A stretch of DNA of 64,000 bases, from NCBI RefSeq assembly GCF_902459465.1, contig NC_047062.1, forward strand, positions 4,154,001 to 4,218,000. The letters are read 5' to 3'. The translations under genes were made by a program, and so were the position numbers. Under the pieces are notes generated by a model. It searched no databases. It was not told where the DNA came from and saw only the letters and a list, made by a program, of their open reading frames with translations. Below are positions 13,340 through 25,000 of the stretch, piece after piece. The first letter of the stretch is position 1, and the number at the start of each line of letters is the position of its first letter. The DNA is from Asterias rubens. Lineage: Eukaryota.

Positions 13340-13792
13340 GTTTCCGCATGGCACCATCACTTTTTCAATCGATATGAAATAATATATTTTATTAGGATAA
13401 CTTTCCGTATGGCGCCACCACTTTTTCACTCATTTTTAGAAAAAGGGATATCTCATTGAGCTTTGAGGTAAATTAGATACTATATTATTTCATATCGAAT
13501 GAAAAAGTGGTGGCGCCATACTTGGAAAAGTTTCCGTATGGCGCCACCACTTTTTCATTCGAAATAAAATAATATAGTATCTAATTTACCTGATTGATAT
13601 ATCCCTTTTTGTAAAAATGAGTGAAAAAGTGGTGGCGCCATACGGAAAGTTATCCCCATACTTTTCCTTTTATTATAGTATCTAATTTCGGTAATTTACC
13701 TCAATGAGATATCCCTTTTTAGTTTTATTTTTAAGTTTTTGTGTGTAAAAATGAGTAAAAAAGTGGTGGCGCAATACGGGAAGTTATCCAAA
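13340..13792. repeat. Array of four palindromic ~125-bp MITE units
   Basis: Repeated TTTCCGTATGGCGCCACCACTTTTTCA and its reverse complement. Confidence 0.75.
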
Positions 13793-14008
13793 ATAAAAGG
13801 GTGAGAGAACAATTCCGACTCCTGTACCATAAAAAAGACAGAACACACGGAAGCAGTCCAGCTCCAGTGGCAGTGAGTTAGCTTTCTAAATCTAATTCTA
13901 TTAGAATCTAAACATTTGTGTTGCCATCATGATCATGACCATGCACATGCCAGTGCCACCACATCATCACTTTTCATGCATCAATCATCTTCATAGCTTA
14001 GTTGTGAT

Positions 14009-14382
14009 CAATAATAATAATAATAATAATAATAATAACCCATTTTTATATAGTGCTTTTCACACCCGGAGGGCGTCCCAAAGCGCTTCACATTATTACC
14101 CCTGGTCACTGGGCCTTAATTCACTCCTTAAACCATCTCAGCTCCCTGGTGGGGAGTATGCAGCCTGTGCAACATTAATATGCGCTACTCGGCTAAATCA
14201 ATCACGAGAACCATCTCTGCCCTCTCAGGTACCCATTTACCCCTGGGTGGAGAGAAGCAATTATAGTTCAGTGTCTTGCTCCGGGACACAAGTGTAACGA
14301 CCGGGATTCGAACCCACACTCTGCTGAACAGAAGCATCAGAGCTTGAGTTCGGTGCTCTTGTCCGTTTGGCCACGACACCCC
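14009..14382 (-). mobile_element. Full-length tRNA-derived SINE with (ATT)n tail
   Basis: On the - strand: A box GTGGCCAAACGG, B box GGTTCGAATCC, central CCAGGGGTAAATGGGTACC and tail AAGCGCTTTGGG..TTATTATTATT. Confidence 0.85.
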
Positions 14383-14719
14383 TACATCCCCCATCAATCG
14401 TAACCCTACATTACATTCTCCGTTCTGCAACTAGGAAGGATGAAGGTTTACTGCAGTGCCAGTTGCGATAGCGTAACCCTCCTGCCGACAGCGTAGCCTG
14501 AGGGTTTTGAAGCTTACGCAATGTGTGCAGGGCGAAATGGTTAAAATCATACAAATCATTCGACAGCTAGTCAGCAGATTTGCTCCATTTTTACTACTTC
14601 TGAAAATCATGACACAAATTCTAGGAACACAAACTTGATCCTCAATGTCTAATGAATCCTTCCATGTCACTCAAAACACCATTAAGATAATAGTTTGAAG
14701 AAAAATTACAAAAAACTTA

Positions 14720-15040
14720 CCAGATACCGAGCGAAAGAGTGAAAAATGTCCGAGGTTAAAAATTCGAACCTGAGGGGGGCGGAGCTTTGGCCGTGTGTGC
14801 ACGTCACCGGGGTCAACAGACTCAGCGCTGCGTGTGGTGAATTGTGTATCCCTGCAACTGTGCAGCCGTAGACTTGTTCCAAGACCATTGGTGTTGCGCA
14901 GTCACACAACCAACTTAACGTTCTGATCTATGCACGGCATAAACTGTACACCCGGTGAGATGCAGAAATCAGAGAAACAGAGCGCCCGCTAACGTTCGTT
15001 CATTACAATCTTGTACAGTTTTTGCCGTGCATAGATCGGA
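14720..15040. promoter_or_regulatory. CpG-rich promoter region of MRPS12 with divergent splice donors
   Basis: GC box GGGGGCGGAG at ~14773, a + strand donor cccg|gtgaga at 14954/14955 and a - strand donor ctg|gtaagt at 14721/14720. Confidence 0.5.
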
Positions 15041-15109
15041 TTGTTGACCACAGTATACCTCTCCACCTTACTGTTTTCTAAATCAATTTTCTGGTTATCT
15101 TTGCAGAAA

Positions 15110-15918
15110 ATGTTGAGCGTACTTCATCAGTGTCGGCAACAGGTGTCGCTTGCCTTCAACTATGCCAGTAGGTATGCTGCTTGCAAAGCAGGTATGTGTC
15201 ACAACTCAACAGTTTTTGTAAGTGGCTGACACGTTATTCAGAAACAAATTTTGTTAATTTTTTTTCCATTAATAAAGAGTGACGATAATCAAGGTAATGT
15301 GAAAACAATTATTCAACTCCCAATACTTGGTCTTCATCAAGGTTTGGACCTCTTCTGGTCAGGCCTCAGATTGTCTAAGAGGACTAGGCTTTTCTTACAC
15401 CTCCCCCCACCCCACCTATTTGAACCATTTATAAACTTGAAAACAAACCCTTCTGACCCTTATTTTTGTTATCATTATATACCTGTTCTTTGTTTGATGT
15501 TTATGATAAAGGGACATGTGATAACTCAAGCTTACTGATAAGACTGTGGCCGCAGAATACAACGTCCTTGTCCAGGAGCATCTCCTTGAATCAGCTTCAC
15601 AGACGAGGCCCGTTCCGCAAGAAACCCAACCCCAAGAAGACTCATCCCACCGACCACCGTCCTCAGCTGAAGGGCGTCGTTCTTAAGACTCTGATCAGAA
15701 AGCCAAAGAAGCCCAACTCGGCCAACAGAAAGTGTGTCAAAGTGCGACTCAGTAATGGGAAGGAGGTTATCGCCTTCATCCCAGGGGAAGGTCATAATCT
15801 CCAAGAGCACAACATCGTTCTCGTGGAGGGGGGAAGGACGCAAGATCTTCCTGGGGTTAAACACACCGTCATCAGAGGCAAATTTGATTGTGGACATGTA
15901 GTTAAGAAAAAGAAATAG
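15110..15918 (+). CDS. MRPS12: Mitochondrial ribosomal protein S12 (uS12m), 2 coding exons
   Basis: Exon 15110-15191 ([28 protein letters not shown], presequence-like; acceptor ttgcag at 15106) joins exon 15512-15918 in phase 1. Signature [48 protein letters not shown]. Confidence 0.93.
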
Positions 15919-17253
15919 GGTTTATGCAAAGGTTTGAGTCTTGTAAAGAAAACACAAGTTATATCTCTTTGGATTCTGCAGAGATTCTATCTTCCAAAAT
16001 CATGTGGATCTGCTTAGAATACTGCAAAGAGAGTTATAATTACTGGCATTGAAGTGTGTCAACTTGGAACATGTAATGCACAAATAACATACATGTACTG
16101 GTATTAATATAACTATACAATGGCATATGCTCAAGCACCATCTAGAAAATATACCGCAATACGTCTTGGAAAAGCGAGTACAGTTTACAAATAAATCAAG
16201 CTTCTAATGTGGACACCATGGTGTATCATGTAACTATGACCGGCTTAATAATTGTGTACCACTTTTAAGTCTGAGCACCATGATAGTTGCTGAAGTTGTT
16301 TGGACTCTGATTTCACCCAGACTCATATATAAGGGCTATCGACAAGTTTCATAATATCCGATGAAACTTTTCAAAACATGGTGTTTTGTTTTAAAGATGT
16401 CAGCAATAAACTACTCTGCTTTCTCCCCCATCCCCATGATGTTCTTAAAGATATTGGCAAGGATATGATGGCCTGATACTTCCTGGAGGCAATTGAGGCA
16501 ATCCTTGGCAATGCCTTGGTGCCCTTGAAATGCTCTCGTAGAAATTTACAATTTCCTCACAGGGTGGTTTACCTTTTATATTCAGTCTAATGCCTAGGTG
16601 CTCTTACCCTTTCAAAACCGAAGCATACAGGCCTGAGATATTATTTGTGATTTTAATAACGCAGTTGCAGGCCTATTACTTCAGTCTTGGGAGTGCAGAG
16701 AAATGTTTCCCTTGCAAAGGTCAAGCCTATGAGAAAAATACAAACTTATACTAGATCAGTTGATAGGGACATCAACAATACATTATGTAGGGTCATAATA
16801 TAATGACTACATGTACATATAATATCCGGCCTGCAGTTGGCCTGTCCATTTGCTGCGATGTGTCTCGTTAATAAATGTGTTGTTGATTGAAACAGGTCCA
16901 AGATGATGCTTCTTGTATCTATCCCAGCATTATTTAAGACTCGGGATGATCTTGCAATAGTACTTTGGTCCCAGAGTGTATAGGCAGAACAGCGAATCTT
17001 GAATTTGTAAACAAAACTGACTTCTATCTGATGCCCGGTAGCATAATTCTTACTTATCTACCAGTCTAGTTGACCCTGATGGAGTCAAAGCCTTGATTCG
17101 AATCAAGGCTCTTTGACAATGGCCCGGCTGTGTAAAAGAGTTGTTAATGTTTAGTTCGGGCTGCCGGGGATAGTTTCGGTAAATTATTGAGAACGCTGTT
17201 GGTGTTATTCATAAAAGTTTTCAACCTCGTGGACTTGCAGAACAATCCATTAA

Positions 17254-17618
17254 GGGCAGTGGACACTATTGGTAATGACTCAAAATAATTGTTAGCATAA
17301 AAACTAACTTGATAGCTGTTGATAGTATAAAACATTGTGAGAAACGGCTCCCTCTGAAGTAACGTAGTTTTTGAGAAAGAAGTAATTTTCAACGAATTTG
17401 ATTTCGAGACCTCAGAATTAGATTTTGAGGTCCCGAAATCAAGCATCTGAACGCACACAACTTTGTGTTTACAAGGGTGTTTTTTCTTCCATTATTGTCT
17501 AGCAACTTCGACGACCAATTGAGTTCAAATGTTCACAGGTTTGTTATTTTGTGCATACGTTGATATACACCAATTGAGAGGACTGGTCTTCGACAATTAC
17601 CAATAGTGTCCAGTGTCT
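17254..17618 (+). mobile_element. Family A Kolobok-like MITE
   Basis: Same TIRs and internal sequence as 12277-12659. Confidence 0.8.
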
Positions 17619-18063
17619 CTAAAAAACGAAAAACTGAAAATTGACCGTAACATACAAGTTGTATGGTAATGTCTTTATAAAAAAAAGTGTTACCCGGCCA
17701 ATAAAAAGAATCACTGATTAGGCCTATGTAAAACATTACACTGGATATAATTTATTGGGTAAAGTCATGTTGACCAACGTTTGGACGATAGTAGTGACCC
17801 CATTGTTGGTATAAGTAATAAAATTAAAATAATAAGTTAATCCAACTCATTTGGGTTGAGTTGGTCAGTATTTTAAAATACCCGTTACTGGTTAATCTTA
17901 ACCTAACATTGGGTGACTGCAATACGCAACATTGAGACTTGTTTTTGACCTTTGTTTTGGTACTCTCAATCAAATATTGTGTGCCTGCAATAAGCCCAAA
18001 CCTGATGGTTAGAACTTTTGGTAATTTGAATGACCTTTTAACCACATCACGTGGTAAAACATA

Positions 18064-18583
18064 CAGTGGACACTATTGGTAACTACTCAAAAGAATTATT
18101 AGCATAAAACCTTACTTTGTAACGAGTAATGGGGAGAGGTTGATTGTATAAATCATTGTGAGAAAACGGCTCCCTCTAAACGTGACGTAGTTTTCGGGAA
18201 AGAAGTAATTTTCCACGAATTTGATTTCGAGACCTCAGATTTAGATTTTGAGGTCTTTAAATCAAGCATCTGAAAGCATACAACTTCGTGTGACAAGGGT
18301 GTATTTTTCTTTCATTATTATCTCTCAACTTTGACGACCAATTGAGCTAAATTTTTTACAGGTTTGTTATTTTAAGCATGTTGAGATACACCAAGTGAAA
18401 AGAGTGGTCTTTGACAATAGGAGACTTTCCAACGCTAGGCGGCAGCAGACATACCGGGTAAATTCCCATTGTTTACGTAGTTCTGAACATGCGCATAATT
18501 CTGAGAACAATGGATTTACCCGGTAAGTCTGCTGCCCTCTATCGTCCCAGAAAGTCTCCCATTGCCAATAGTGTCCAGTGTCT
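18064..18583 (+). mobile_element. Family A Kolobok-like MITE interrupted by a 142-bp MITE
   Basis: Family A body with a nested palindromic insertion at 18419-18560. Confidence 0.8.
18419..18560. mobile_element. 142-bp MITE with AT target duplication (ISL2EU-like)
   Basis: AT|(A/G)GGAGACTTT..AAAGTCTCCC|AT; a second copy of the same length at 19312. Confidence 0.8.
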
Positions 18584-19311
18584 TTAAGACCAACAGACGG
18601 TATATTTTTTTTTAAAGTCCTTAATAAATATTCAGACTTGTTTTTAACCAACAAATGAGCAGAAATACTTTGACCAACAAAATATTATGACCAATACTAC
18701 TGGCTAATTATGAGTAACAAATACATGGGAGTCACTATATTTTGCCCGATGTTGTGGTAAATGGCACTACCCAACTTCGCTGGGTAAAAAAAAACAATTC
18801 CGAAAGCAGTTGGATTGTTTCCCAGCGTCGGTCGAAATTGTTGTTCTTTCGATCGTTACCCATTAATTTTGTTTTAACAAAACGGTCATTTGCATTTTAA
18901 TAGATTTTGCGTAAATTAATTTATCTTGCATAATGCAAAACGATTAAGCTCCACCATCTGTGTTCAGTAAAAATAATTTTGCAGTGATTTAAAAAAAATA
19001 ATTTTAATTAATTTCTTCCATGGATTAGTGTTTTACAAAGATTTGAAAATTAAAAGTCTAAGACGGCTTTCTGTTATGTTTACATAAGATAGGTAACAAG
19101 ATTCCAAAATGGTGTGATGCAAAAATTAATGTTGTAGGCATTTCACACAATATTCATGGTGGGCGGTTGATGTTGTTGGATCGGTCTCAATTGTTCTGAT
19201 GAATTTTCAAGAGTCAGAAGTGAAGAGAGCTTCGAAAGACCTTGAAATAATTTTACCAATGTGTCTTCAAGAAAGGATGACTGATGACACTACACTCTAA
19301 ATGGGAGGAAT

Positions 19312-19453
19312 GGGAGACTTTTAGGACGCTTGGTGGCAGCAGACCTACCAGGTAAAATCCATTGCTCTCGATAATGTGCGCACGCTCAGAACCACGTAAA
19401 CAATGGACTTTTACTTGGTAAGTCTGCTTCCACCAAGCGCCTCAAAGTCTCCC
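19312..19453. mobile_element. 142-bp MITE with AT target duplication (ISL2EU-like)
   Basis: AT|GGGAGACTTT..AAAGTCTCCC|AT. Confidence 0.8.
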
Positions 19454-19799
19454 ATTCTAAAGTTAATTAGAATTAGAAAAATTATTGTGATTAGCGATCA
19501 ATACATTTTAAGTTTGAAATAAATCCTAAAGCATTTAGAATTCAACTCAAAAATTGTATTTTTAAATCTAAAGATGGATTGGTCCGTAACTACTGTCTCT
19601 CCCATTTAGATTGTTAACATCATTGGTGATTGGTGTATTTTTCGAGAAATAGGCAATGATTTGATAAATATTATGGACTATCCACAGACTCGATGACATT
19701 CGTTTGTCCTTTCCTTGACTGCCGAGGAAACTGTGAGGATGTCACTCAGAATGGGTGACCATGGCCGACCATCGCATCAAAATGATTCAAAGAGTTGTC

Positions 19800-19832
<33 letters not shown>

Positions 19833-21319
19833 AAAAAAAAAAAAATTAAAAAAATGAATGAATAACAACTGCCGAAATGATTTCACTTAATAATTTCAGT
19901 CACGTTATCTTGTAAAATGTAAATTGGAAGTAAAACTGTCATTTCTGCAAATGATTAAGTCTACGTTTAACTCCTTACCAAGTATAAGACACCGGTTGTT
20001 GTGTTGATCAAAGAAAAACAAAACTAAAAATAAAGTGTGATATTTGACCTGAATGCAAAACGTGTAAAAGCTTGGACTGCCGGTCTTGTTTAAAAGAAAG
20101 CATAATTTCACCATAGCTGACGGAGACAAACATTTGGCCATTTTAAGGATAAAACACCCTCTTTCAATCGACTTTTCCAATATGATGTACTTTCTCTTTT
20201 TCAAAGGTTATCGATCTATCAGTTTTCTGCGTACCTACCAACTTGTGGGGTTTAACCTTGTGAGTTGGTCGTACGTAACAGAATAAAAAAAGTAAAAAAA
20301 AATTCAAATTATTGGCTGTTATATCTTTAACAAATACTGAAACTTGGAATTGAGAAAAGGGTTTGACTTGAAGTTTGGAGCTGAGATGTTTCATAAACCG
20401 TTTATGAAGTATATTTCGCGTAATTTATTTCTGGTCAACTTGAAGTATTATGACATATGGCACAGGGTCAGTTTTTAAAGTTAACTTGCTACGTATCTAA
20501 AAACTACAATTGTGTGTTTAGAACCGTCGATCTTCTTTTGACATTGTTGACCACACCCAGGTCCACTCGCCCCCTTTTTTATTTTTAAGATTTGTATATC
20601 TTTTGTTTCTATATTTTTAAGATTTATATATCTTTTTTTCTATATACACCCTTTACAATGAAGAACAATTAGGTTTTAGAGGTTATAAACAATGGATTTT
20701 CTTTTCTTGAGCAAGCACTTTTCCTTGAGTGAAACAGAGGAGGAAAACTCACGTCCTCCCAATCGGGCGTGGTGGTCGGCTATCGAAAAAAAAGGTTGTC
20801 CGATAACAACACAGCCAACGATATTGGAGGGACGCAGGAAGGAGTGTTTTAAAATAATATTTAAAACAAAATGTGCACTTGTGATATTTTAATTGCCAAG
20901 TGAATTTTGAATGTTCTTGGGGAACCGCCTTTTTTTTTGGGGGGGGGGGGGCTCAAACAAATTTATTGGGTGGGGTCCAGGGGCCGGCCTAACGGCCCCT
21001 GGTGCCATGGGGTCCAGGGGGCGAAGCCCCGGTGGGGGTACAGGGGGAAAAGCCCCCTGGAGCTCTGAGCTTTCTGTCGTTTTGGGGGTGAAACATCAAG
21101 CCTCTTTATGCAGAAATTTAAAAAAACATACTTTTTAAGCACTTACTTTTGAAGCCCACCGAGCCCCCCCCCCCCCCCTGGGTGCTCCGTTGACTCGTAT
21201 GTTGTACCTTATAGCTCCATGGTTGCACAAACACGTTTCAAATCAAATATTCATCTAAATCGTTTTGTGATTCTCAAAATACTTGGCCTTATTGTTTTGT
21301 TCAATATCAAGTGAAATAG

Positions 21320-22060
21320 GTCGGTTACGCAATTTTAATATTCAGAATTGCGTAATAAAGTACTACGCGCTGAAATGCTATGACTTTCCAGAGATGGTTC
21401 ATTGTGAGTCAGAATTATTCTCGAACCTGGCAATGTTCAAACCATGCGACCGCGTCCATACTTCATGTGCATAATAAATATTGACGGGTCTTTGTGCATG
21501 ATATGTATGGGTCGGCCTTGTCCCCTCGGTCTCTGCGGTCGCTGTATTTCACATTGTTCTCAAAACCCGCGATATATATATATACACACTCAACGCTTTA
21601 CCATTACCTAATAGCTCAAGAATGGCCAATTAGATCACCCGATATTAACAACGAGGCTGTGTTTTTCATGTAACACCGATACCGATTGGCTAGGATCATT
21701 ATAAGACCCGCCTAACCGTGCTTATGGCTCTGGCCGTCAAGTTCAGGTTCAGGTCACATTTATAACGAAGGCTAGCTTGCTGCTGTGTGGATTGTGTGTA
21801 GACTGCTTTATATCATTATATGTACACACATACGTTATAAACGGCTGAATTGCACTTGTCGTTTGCTGGCACATGTTGGCGTAAATTCGAAATTAAAATG
21901 GTGGATAATTCATACAAGGGTTAGCATTTGGGATACCTGTATCGCACCGCCAACTTGCGGGGAGGAACACGGACTGGATACGGGCTAAAACACTCCTCCA
22001 AAAGGGTTCGTCGTTCGGTGTTTTTGTTTCGCCGTCGTTGTCGCACACAAGGACAAGGTT
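21320..22060 (+). promoter_or_regulatory. Probable promoter and first non-coding exon of the bZIP gene
   Basis: CCAAT boxes (~21625, ~21684), GC-box-like ACCCGCC (~21705), TATA-like TTTATAA (~21760) and CpG-rich sequence, followed by donor caag|gttagt at 22057/22058. HLF-type sites at 21324 and 21347. Confidence 0.55.
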
Positions 22061-25000
22061 AGTCTAGAGTCTTCATACATTAACCTAGATAGTTACGTAA
22101 GGGCGTGTCAACGTGAGATTTATTCTACCCCAAATGCCACCTTTTCGTCCCTTTTCGTTGGAAGATAGTAAGTTCAGTGTGTGCCCGTGTGTACAAGTTA
22201 ACCCCCTCTGCAAATCACAGCCGTGAAAAAAAGTTGAGAGATTACGTAATGTGTCGTAATCGTGGCAGTGTGAAGGTGCAGAAATGAAAAGTGTCTGGCC
22301 GGCCCCATACAATGTACGGAACTGATGACACTGCGTCAGTGAACCATTCGCAGATCAGCAGCAGAAATATCAATTCATGTTCGACTCTTTGACAACTTTG
22401 ATGACACTTGAATGACTGTCTCACTGTATATGTACCGACACGGTGTATTTTAGTACGGGGTTGTTTACAGTCATACATCCCCATGTATGTTTTTTTGTCA
22501 TCGTGGCGGTGCGTTCAAACTGAATATGGCTTTGTCTATCGTTGGTTTGCTTCGGCAGCATTACTTTCAGAGTGAAATGGCAAGGTAACGTGGTTGTTTT
22601 ATCTGAGCATAGGGAATGCTATTTATTTAGGATAGAAACATGGAGGACTAGCGGATGATGGTGGAAATACATTTATGGTAGGCCTACTCCTCCTAATCTA
22701 AGTAATCGGACTACAAAAACATTCACTTGACTTTTACATAGGACTTAGGAGGTATTTTTACTCGCCACTGAATATACTGGTCATGACCTGACGAAACAAA
22801 TCAATGAGTTGCTGTTTTTGTGTAGACATGGCATGGAGGTAGTCGGAAAGTTTCCGGGACAGAGCATTTTTTTATTAAACCACTGTTTACAGTTTAGTTT
22901 GGTGCTCATCGCGAAATTGTTTATGGAATGGGACATGAGTTCATTTTTATTATAGTAGGCCTACCTTGTGTAAAATCTTGAAAGGCATCGATGATCTTGG
23001 GATAAAGATGGAGCCATTCATCAGGTCTAGGACTAATCAGGTCCATTACCACTTGAAATAATACGATCATTACTTTAAATATTTGTATTAATAAATAAAT
23101 GAACAAAAACAAGCAAATTTGCCCCTATCAAATATGTTATAATTATTATTAAATGTTGTAATGTTATGTTTAAATATGACCATGGATATGAAAAATCAAT
23201 TTGTATGTGGATGCTATATATAAGGGGAACTATTTTGTTTCTCTTTGCTGTATAAAACCATGGATGACAGAAATGATGTGAACCATTCGGCCATTACAAT
23301 TTATTACACCCCACTCTAATTGCCCATTCTATTGCTAAACAGTGGTGTCAACCATAATAACAATCACACCATATCACACACCATGGTTGTATTATACCTC
23401 AATTTTCCAATCCATAAACTGAAATGTTTGTTAGTACCCGCCATTTGATTTGCTGATCGCCGAACAACCTCTGCGATTTTTGAAGAATAGAAGCGAACAA
23501 ATGTTTTTCCGTCTGAATGGTGCATTTTTTTCAGAACATAGTTTTATTTCTGTGTGTGGGCCTTCGATCATGCTCAGACCATAGTTTACCTCCATGTTGT
23601 GACCCTAAGATGGCCTTGCTTTACCCATGGAGGCTTCCTCCATGATGGAGGTTACCTATTATATGGTGTCAATTCATGCACTGTTGAGCAAAGTGTTCCA
23701 TCCTTGATGTGTGAGAAAAAAAGAGGGTTACATGTTACGTAACATTACATCGTATCAGACCATTATCGCACATGCGGCCGTCTTGCTCATAAACAAAATG
23801 TTACCTTTTTGAAGTGGCTTGTTTGTAATATGGGTGCTGGGTTTCATTTGTCATGTAAGACATCGTTACATCATCTCTTTTTGTGTGAATTGTATTTAGG
23901 TTTACTATAAGATCCTTGCTCTATACTTAGATGATGCTCTATGCATCTTTTCCTACCTCCATGCTCTATGGATGAATCAATCTAAATTCTGCCTGGGCCC
24001 AAGAAACTTGCATTCACCTTATTTATTATATAGCTAGTTGCAAGGTGTGTATTTGCATTATATATTTGCTTTGAGTCAAATCGTTTTTTTATATTCTCGG
24101 GCAGTAGTAAAACACTTTATTATTATAGGGAAAAACACAATCAAAATAACCAAATTATTCAAGAAAACCACAAAAAAATACAATCAAAGCAGAGAAGAAG
24201 AGGTAAGTGCACCAGCTGGAGCTCGATTGAGTACCGACGGGAAAAAAAGTCAGGTGCCATCCACCTCTCGCGTTGCTGCTTTTTTCAGGTTGGTCACACT
24301 GGAGAAATAAATAAATACTTAGGTGAAACTTTGGCATAACTATTTGGAATTGAAAGTGTAGGGCCGTGCAGATTTTTACATCAATTATGAAAGTAATGAT
24401 TTCATAATAAAAAAAACGATGACAACCCATCTCAAGGTGAATCTTATGTTTGTGAAATCGACAGTTATTTTTATATTGATGATTTTAAAAATCATGCCCA
24501 CACCGATACTTCTTACCTACAAGGTCTTATAGGCCTCCTAAAGACTAGTATTTGTCTGACCATGATGAAGGGTATTGTGCCACGTTCGATTGGCTGGAGG
24601 GCGTTTTTAACCCAACGAATGCGTTCTGCACGTTCCCACCACTGGGTGTTTTAATGGTACACAATGGAACAAGTTCATGAGCCAACTGTCGAAATTATGG
24701 AAAGAGAACTTCCAGACTGCACTGATAGTAATTTGAAGAGAAGATCGAACGGAAAAAAAAATTGAAAACATTTTTTGTGTACAGACTTTACTGCCTAATG
24801 AAACTGGAGAATTCCTATTACGCGTGCTATGCGCACAATAATGCATAGATATTGCACTGTTGACCCGAAGTGCTGACCGCTGTACCCTAATGCATATAAT
24901 GGTCACTGGTCAGATAACCTTTTGAACTTTAATTTTTACTGCCTATTTCCCAGCTGCTATTATATTCCCGACCCATAAACAAAAACCACTGTATGTTGAC

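Noticed and set aside
15466-15918. Bacterial rpsL by horizontal transfer or contamination
   Set aside because: It splices in phase to an upstream presequence exon and lies in intron-rich animal DNA, so it is nuclear MRPS12.
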